Shown in pieces: positions 59,633 through 64,000 of a stretch of DNA of 64,000 nt (the stretch's first letter is position 1; each line of letters starts with the position of its first letter). The position numbers and the translations under genes are program-made. The DNA comes from Bdellovibrionota bacterium (GTDB lineage Bacteria; Bdellovibrionota_G; JALEGL01; DATDPG01). The notes under the pieces were generated by a model, which was not told the origin of the DNA, did no database searches, and worked only from the letters and a program-made list of their open reading frames with translations. Location of the stretch: assembly GCA_963668355.1 (NCBI GenBank), contig OY764265.1, positions 1,536,001-1,600,000 of the forward strand, in the 5' to 3' direction.

Positions 59633-60715
59633 ATGAAGAAAACCAGAAAAATAGTTTTTGTGGCGGGAGCTCGTCCCAATTTCCCTAAAATAGCGCCGTT
59701 ATTGAGAGAAATGAAAGCCTATCCGAATCTACGGGGAATTCTGGTGCACACAGGTCAGCATTATGATGCGCTCATGTCAAAACATCAGTTTAGAGACTTG
59801 GGGATCCCCACTCCCAAAGAAAACTTGGAAGTTGGATCTGGCTTGCACGGTAAGCAGACGGCCCTGGTGCTCGAACGAATGGAGGAGCTTCTCATCCGAA
59901 GAAAACCCGACCTGGTTGTGGTGGTCGGGGATGTAAATTCGACCATAGCTGCGGCTTTGGCAGCCAAGAAACTTCATATTCCAGTGGCACATGTGGAGGC
60001 AGGTCTAAGAAGTCGGGACTGGAGCATGCCGGAGGAGATCAATCGAATTGCCACGGACTCGATTTCTGATTTTCTGTTTACTCATTGCCAGGAGGCCAAT
60101 CAAAACCTTTTGAACGAAGGCGTTTCGAAACGCCGAATTGCTTATGTCGGAAATGTGATGATCGATACTTTGTTTCACATGCTGCCAAAGGCGAAAAAGT
60201 ACTCCCCATTGTCGAGCGAGCCATACGGCTTGATTACCCTTCATCGCCCGAGCAATGTAGATGAAGAGGAAGTTCTGCGTCGATTGTTCAGAACATTTGA
60301 AAAAATTAGCGAAGATTTACCTCTCTTTTTTCCCATGCACCCTCGAACCGCGAAGCAATTCAAAGAAAAAAAGCTGCTCCCCAAAAAAGGACGCATCCAC
60401 CTGATGGAGCCTTTAACATATCTTCCTTTCTTGGCGGCCATGTCGGATGCAGAGATGGTCTTGACCGACTCGGGAGGAATCCAAGAGGAAACGACGGCTC
60501 TGGGCGTGCCATGCTTAACCTTGCGGAACAACAGTGAACGCATGGTTACGGTTTACGAAGGAACGAATCAACTGGTCGGCGTTGACCCGAAAAAAATTTT
60601 AAAGGGTTTTGACAAAGCCAAACGAATGAAAAAGCAAAGAAAGAAAAAACCAAAATATTGGGACGGAAAGGCAAGTCAAAGGATTCTCCGAGTTATGGAT
60701 CAAGCGTTGGCCTAA
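59633..60715 (+). CDS. UDP-GlcNAc 2-epimerase, non-hydrolysing (WecB/WbpI family)
   Basis: GARPNF, HTGQHYD, HVEAGLRS, TDSGGIQEE; start 59633. Confidence 0.94.
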   Translation: MKKTRKIVFVAGARPNFPKIAPLLREMKAYPNLRGILVHTGQHYDALMSKHQFRDLGIPTPKENLEVGSGLHGKQTALVLERMEELLIRRKPDLVVVVGDVNSTIAAALAAKKLHIPVAHVEAGLRSRDWSMPEEINRIATDSISDFLFTHCQEANQNLLNEGVSKRRIAYVGNVMIDTLFHMLPKAKKYSPLSSEPYGLITLHRPSNVDEEEVLRRLFRTFEKISEDLPLFFPMHPRTAKQFKEKKLLPKKGRIHLMEPLTYLPFLAAMSDAEMVLTDSGGIQEETTALGVPCLTLRNNSERMVTVYEGTNQLVGVDPKKILKGFDKAKRMKKQRKKKPKYWDGKASQRILRVMDQALA

Positions 60716-60755
60716 CACTTTTCTAGAGTTCGTTCTGGTCAGCTTTTAAACGATA

Positions 60756-61988
60756 TTAGGTACGACTGCGATCCGCTGTTTCACTTAAAACCTCAAGAAA
60801 ATCTCTCGCTAAGTGAGTTCGGTCGTACGAGGAGCGCACAAGCTCCAAGCCATTTTCACCTAAGGTCTTCGCGGTTTTTGGAAGCTTGTGAAGTTTCAAA
60901 ACTGCTTCGGCCAAGGCTTGACTGTCCTCAGGGGGAATGCATATGCCAGCTTTTCCCTCGCGAATAATCTTTTCACTCTCCCCTAAAACCCCAAGAATGA
61001 TGGGGCGGCTCACGGCCATAGCTTCAAAGATTTTAGAAGGAATAACCGTGCGGAAAAGAGGAGTGTCTTTTAGAAGGACCAGACAAGCGTCTGATGCCGA
61101 AAGAATTTCAGGCATGCGCTCTTTTGGCTGTTGGGGCAAAATTAACAAATTATTCAACCCGTCTTGATTCTTTTTTCTTATAAGCTCTTCTCGCTCTGCC
61201 CCGTCACCAACCAATAGAAAAACGATCTCGGTTTGATTTGCAAGACTTCTGGCTGTCTTTAAAACCGTCGCTAAGCCGTGAGCCATGCCTAAAGTGCCTG
61301 CGTAGGTAACCACGAATTTGTCCCGAAGAGACATTTTCTCCCGAAAACTGTTTTCTTTCGGAGTGGGGAAGTATCGAGAGAGATCGGCCCCGTTGGTAAT
61401 GATAGAAATTTTTTTTGGATCAATTCCCATTTTGCCGATGTGTTCTTTGAAGGCGTGGGTGAGGGCGATGATCCGGGTAGCCTTTCGATAAAGGAACCGT
61501 TCCATATACCTTAACCATTTGATGATCCACTTGTTTCGGATAGCTCCGACTGCGATGATTGAGTCGGGCCAAAGATCGCGGATTTCAAGGATCCATGGTC
61601 TGCGTTTTAAGGCGGACACGAAGAATCCTGCCATTCCGCAGAAAAACTGAGGGGATGTTGATACAACGACATCGGGGCGGCGGACGAGGAAGCTGAACAA
61701 AATAGCCGAACCCATAAAAGACAGATAGTTTGAAATTCGGCGAACAACTCTCTGGTTGGGGCTAAGATAGGTTTTAACTCGAAGTATTTCGATCCCATCC
61801 ATTTTTTCCCATTGGAACCATCTGTTTTTGTATTCCGAATACAAGATTCCCTGCGGGTGATTCGGAGCGCAAGTGATAATTGTTACCCGATGACCCTCTG
61901 CGATAAAAAAACGGGCATGTTCATAGGTGCGAGAGGCGGGAGCATTCACCTCTGGAGGGAAATAGTGGGTTAAGAAGAGAATATGCAT
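60756..61988 (-). CDS. Glycosyltransferase family 4, WbuB-like
   Basis: YFPPE, EIRDLWP, PSKIFEAMA. Confidence 0.92.
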   Translation of the reverse strand: MHILFLTHYFPPEVNAPASRTYEHARFFIAEGHRVTIITCAPNHPQGILYSEYKNRWFQWEKMDGIEILRVKTYLSPNQRVVRRISNYLSFMGSAILFSFLVRRPDVVVSTSPQFFCGMAGFFVSALKRRPWILEIRDLWPDSIIAVGAIRNKWIIKWLRYMERFLYRKATRIIALTHAFKEHIGKMGIDPKKISIITNGADLSRYFPTPKENSFREKMSLRDKFVVTYAGTLGMAHGLATVLKTARSLANQTEIVFLLVGDGAEREELIRKKNQDGLNNLLILPQQPKERMPEILSASDACLVLLKDTPLFRTVIPSKIFEAMAVSRPIILGVLGESEKIIREGKAGICIPPEDSQALAEAVLKLHKLPKTAKTLGENGLELVRSSYDRTHLARDFLEVLSETADRSRT

Positions 61989-61997
61989 TGTCTTGTT

Positions 61998-63140
61998 TTA
62001 TTTGGCCTCAATTTTTGAAAATGTTCGGTAGAGTTCCAGAAGCTTTTTTTCTTCTGTCTTCCAACTAAAATTTTTAACTAAGTTTTCGTGGGCTGAAAGA
62101 ATCGCAGGCCCAAGCTTTGTTCGTTGCTCTAGGAGCTCTAGGGTCGCATGTAGAAGAGCCTTGGAGTCCTTCTCGGGGACCGTTTTTCCCACACCTAAAG
62201 TGTCTATCAATTGTTTCCAAAGAGGAACCGAGTAGGAAATTGGAAGAAGTCCGGCTTCCATATAATCAAGAATCTTTGTGGGGATAGACTCACGGTAGTT
62301 CGGGGTAGCCTGGAGCAGTGCAAGTCCAACTTTGCACTCACGGAGTATCGTCTTGGCCTCTTGTAGTGGACGGTAGCCAAGTAACGATACGTTCTCCTGT
62401 AGATTATAGTCTTGGATCTCTCGTTGGATTTTCTCGAAAAGACCCTTCTCCAAGAAAGGTCCAATTAGAAGTAGGTTTGTTTCCGGTCTGTAGTTTTTTA
62501 AAGAATCAACCAGTTTAAGCATTTCGAATACCCCGCGATCTTGTTTTATGCCGCCAAGATAGACGAGGTCATTTTTTCGATTATGTTCTTCTAAGGAAGG
62601 GGTAGGTGTTTGAACGATCGAGAAATTCCGAATGATTGTAACATTTTCCCATTTCTTAAAGCGTTTGGCATAGGAGTCTTCCGCGAGAATGATATGATCA
62701 AAAGCGCGAAGCATAAATTTTTCGACAAAGCGATAAAATGCGGAAAACGCAGGTCGGAGTAGACAGGGAATCCAGGTTTTTTTGAGGATAGATCCTCCAT
62801 AATCTTCGTGAATGTCCATGATCGCCGTGAATCGAAAAAAAAGACGGTAAAAGGGGACGAGGATTAGGAATTCTGGGTCGTGAAAGTGAAGAATTTCGTT
62901 GCCATCTCGAATTGCTCTCTGAATAAGTCTTCCGGCAGTAAGAAAAAACCGTGCTCCCCGCGAACTGGGCCTGCGGATTAAACTTAATTGTACGGGCAAA
63001 TCCTTGGAGGGAAGGTCCTCCCCATGCTTTGTAGCGAAAAGTGTTACCCGATGGCCCGCTTGGGCCAAGGAAACACACTCTTTAAAAAAGATGCGACTGT
63101 CTTGGGGGTTGTGGGCAGATGAAATAGCGGCAATCTTCAT
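61998..63140 (-). CDS. Glycosyltransferase family 4
   Basis: H...DSRIF.KE, HFHDPE, DIHEDY, PTKILDYM. Confidence 0.9.
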   Translation of the reverse strand: MKIAAISSAHNPQDSRIFFKECVSLAQAGHRVTLFATKHGEDLPSKDLPVQLSLIRRPSSRGARFFLTAGRLIQRAIRDGNEILHFHDPEFLILVPFYRLFFRFTAIMDIHEDYGGSILKKTWIPCLLRPAFSAFYRFVEKFMLRAFDHIILAEDSYAKRFKKWENVTIIRNFSIVQTPTPSLEEHNRKNDLVYLGGIKQDRGVFEMLKLVDSLKNYRPETNLLLIGPFLEKGLFEKIQREIQDYNLQENVSLLGYRPLQEAKTILRECKVGLALLQATPNYRESIPTKILDYMEAGLLPISYSVPLWKQLIDTLGVGKTVPEKDSKALLHATLELLEQRTKLGPAILSAHENLVKNFSWKTEEKKLLELYRTFSKIEAK

Positions 63141-64000
63141 CGAATTTGCTTTCTGGATTCAAAGGCATGATGGATGCCAAAAAAATAAATCGGTAATATC
63201 GGAAAGAACCACCCCCCCAGTGTGTCTGCTTGAAGGCCTAGTAATAGGGCTCCCAACACGTGTTGAATCACAAAATAGGACAACCCGGGGACATAGCGAC
63301 GGAAGAGGCTCCATAGAATTACGAAATAAAAAATCAGGTGAATTGCTAATCCGAATAAGCCTTGCTTTAAGAGAATATAGAGAAAGTCATTGTCCAATAC
63401 TCGAAAGGCTTCAATGGGACCTAATCCAACGAACCATTTCCAGCTCTCCGAAGCATTGCTGAAAATTTCCCAACGAGTTTCCCAAAGTAGGAAGCGGAGG
63501 GCGACGGTATGTACGGAGGAAAGAGTGCCCGAATCGAAAACGCTGAAAAGCTCATATAGGTAATTTAACTTTGACGGAGCAAAAACAATAGCGAGTGCCA
63601 ATGTCGCGATTAACAGTAAAGCAGCCAAACAACTTCTGACTACCTTTGAGAGGACAGAGGCTCCTTTCTGTCTTAGAATAATATAAATCCCCAAACAAAC
63701 AGGAAAAATAAGTAGGTTGCTTCGTGATCCTGACAGCAAAAGGAGAGTGCCCACGGGTACTAAAAATAGCCATTTTTTGGAATTGGACGAAAATGCTACG
63801 AGGAGAAGGAAAAGCTGAGTCGTGTACCAGGCAAAAGTATTCGGGTTTGCGAAGGTCCCCGTAATACGGGTGTTTGGACCGATGATCAATCTAGCTTTTT
63901 CCGTTGAGTAAATTGCTTCAAAAAAAGAAAGTCCAAAATATTGACTGATGCAAACTGCTATCTCAACGACTATGAGAGTCCCTGAACAAAGAACAAGCGC
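63137..64000 (-). CDS. O-antigen polymerase/ligase family (Wzy_C) membrane protein, 5' end beyond window
   Basis: RITGTFANPN, SGSRS, GLG, DNDFL; frame open to base 64000. Confidence 0.8.
   Translation of the reverse strand, partial: ALVLCSGTLIVVEIAVCISQYFGLSFFEAIYSTEKARLIIGPNTRITGTFANPNTFAWYTTQLFLLLVAFSSNSKKWLFLVPVGTLLLLSGSRSNLLIFPVCLGIYIILRQKGASVLSKVVRSCLAALLLIATLALAIVFAPSKLNYLYELFSVFDSGTLSSVHTVALRFLLWETRWEIFSNASESWKWFVGLGPIEAFRVLDNDFLYILLKQGLFGLAIHLIFYFVILWSLFRRYVPGLSYFVIQHVLGALLLGLQADTLGGWFFPILPIYFFGIHHAFESRKQIR

Overview
64 kb of densely packed bacterial chromosome with mostly housekeeping genes. Gene order and protein families (mutS-amiC-glnD synteny, DUF4388 protein, myxobacterial-type PilZ, IF2 N-terminal motif) point to a deltaproteobacteria-like lineage (Bdellovibrionota/Myxococcota/Desulfobacterota relatives); this is inference. 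Contents: a truncated ilvC missed by the ORF track; dcd, a 51-aa membrane peptide, rhomboid and methyltransferase; mutS-amiC-glnD; a TPR/Zn-finger + DUF4388-phoH-ybeY-lnt-Wzz-like operon; proS; a pseudo-receiver-PilZ gene; a MoxR-DUF58-transglutaminase triad; an acidic TPR lipoprotein + TraF_2/FadL-like barrel pair; selB, purB, eno, dNK, SDR, rsmA, tsaD, cpoB-pal; nusA-infB-rbfA-truB, interrupted before rpsO-pnp by an FG-GAP lipoprotein and an orphan gene; rnr-ubiB-like-cytochrome c-barrel; and the start of a polysaccharide locus (ugd, wbpB/D/E-like, epimerase, two GT4s, Wzy-like). I saw no rRNA, tRNA, CRISPR array or mobile element. Strongest leads: an apparent ATC start for RNase R; sigma54-type promoters (three with a nearby IHF-like box) in front of orphan exported-protein and signalling genes; two uncharacterised envelope modules (lipoprotein + barrel; TPR/Zn-finger + DUF4388/MshEN-like/pseudopilin-like); frequent leaderless or short-leader starts; and a rimP-leader-like attenuator with no rimP. 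All calls come from reading motifs by eye; no database search was run.
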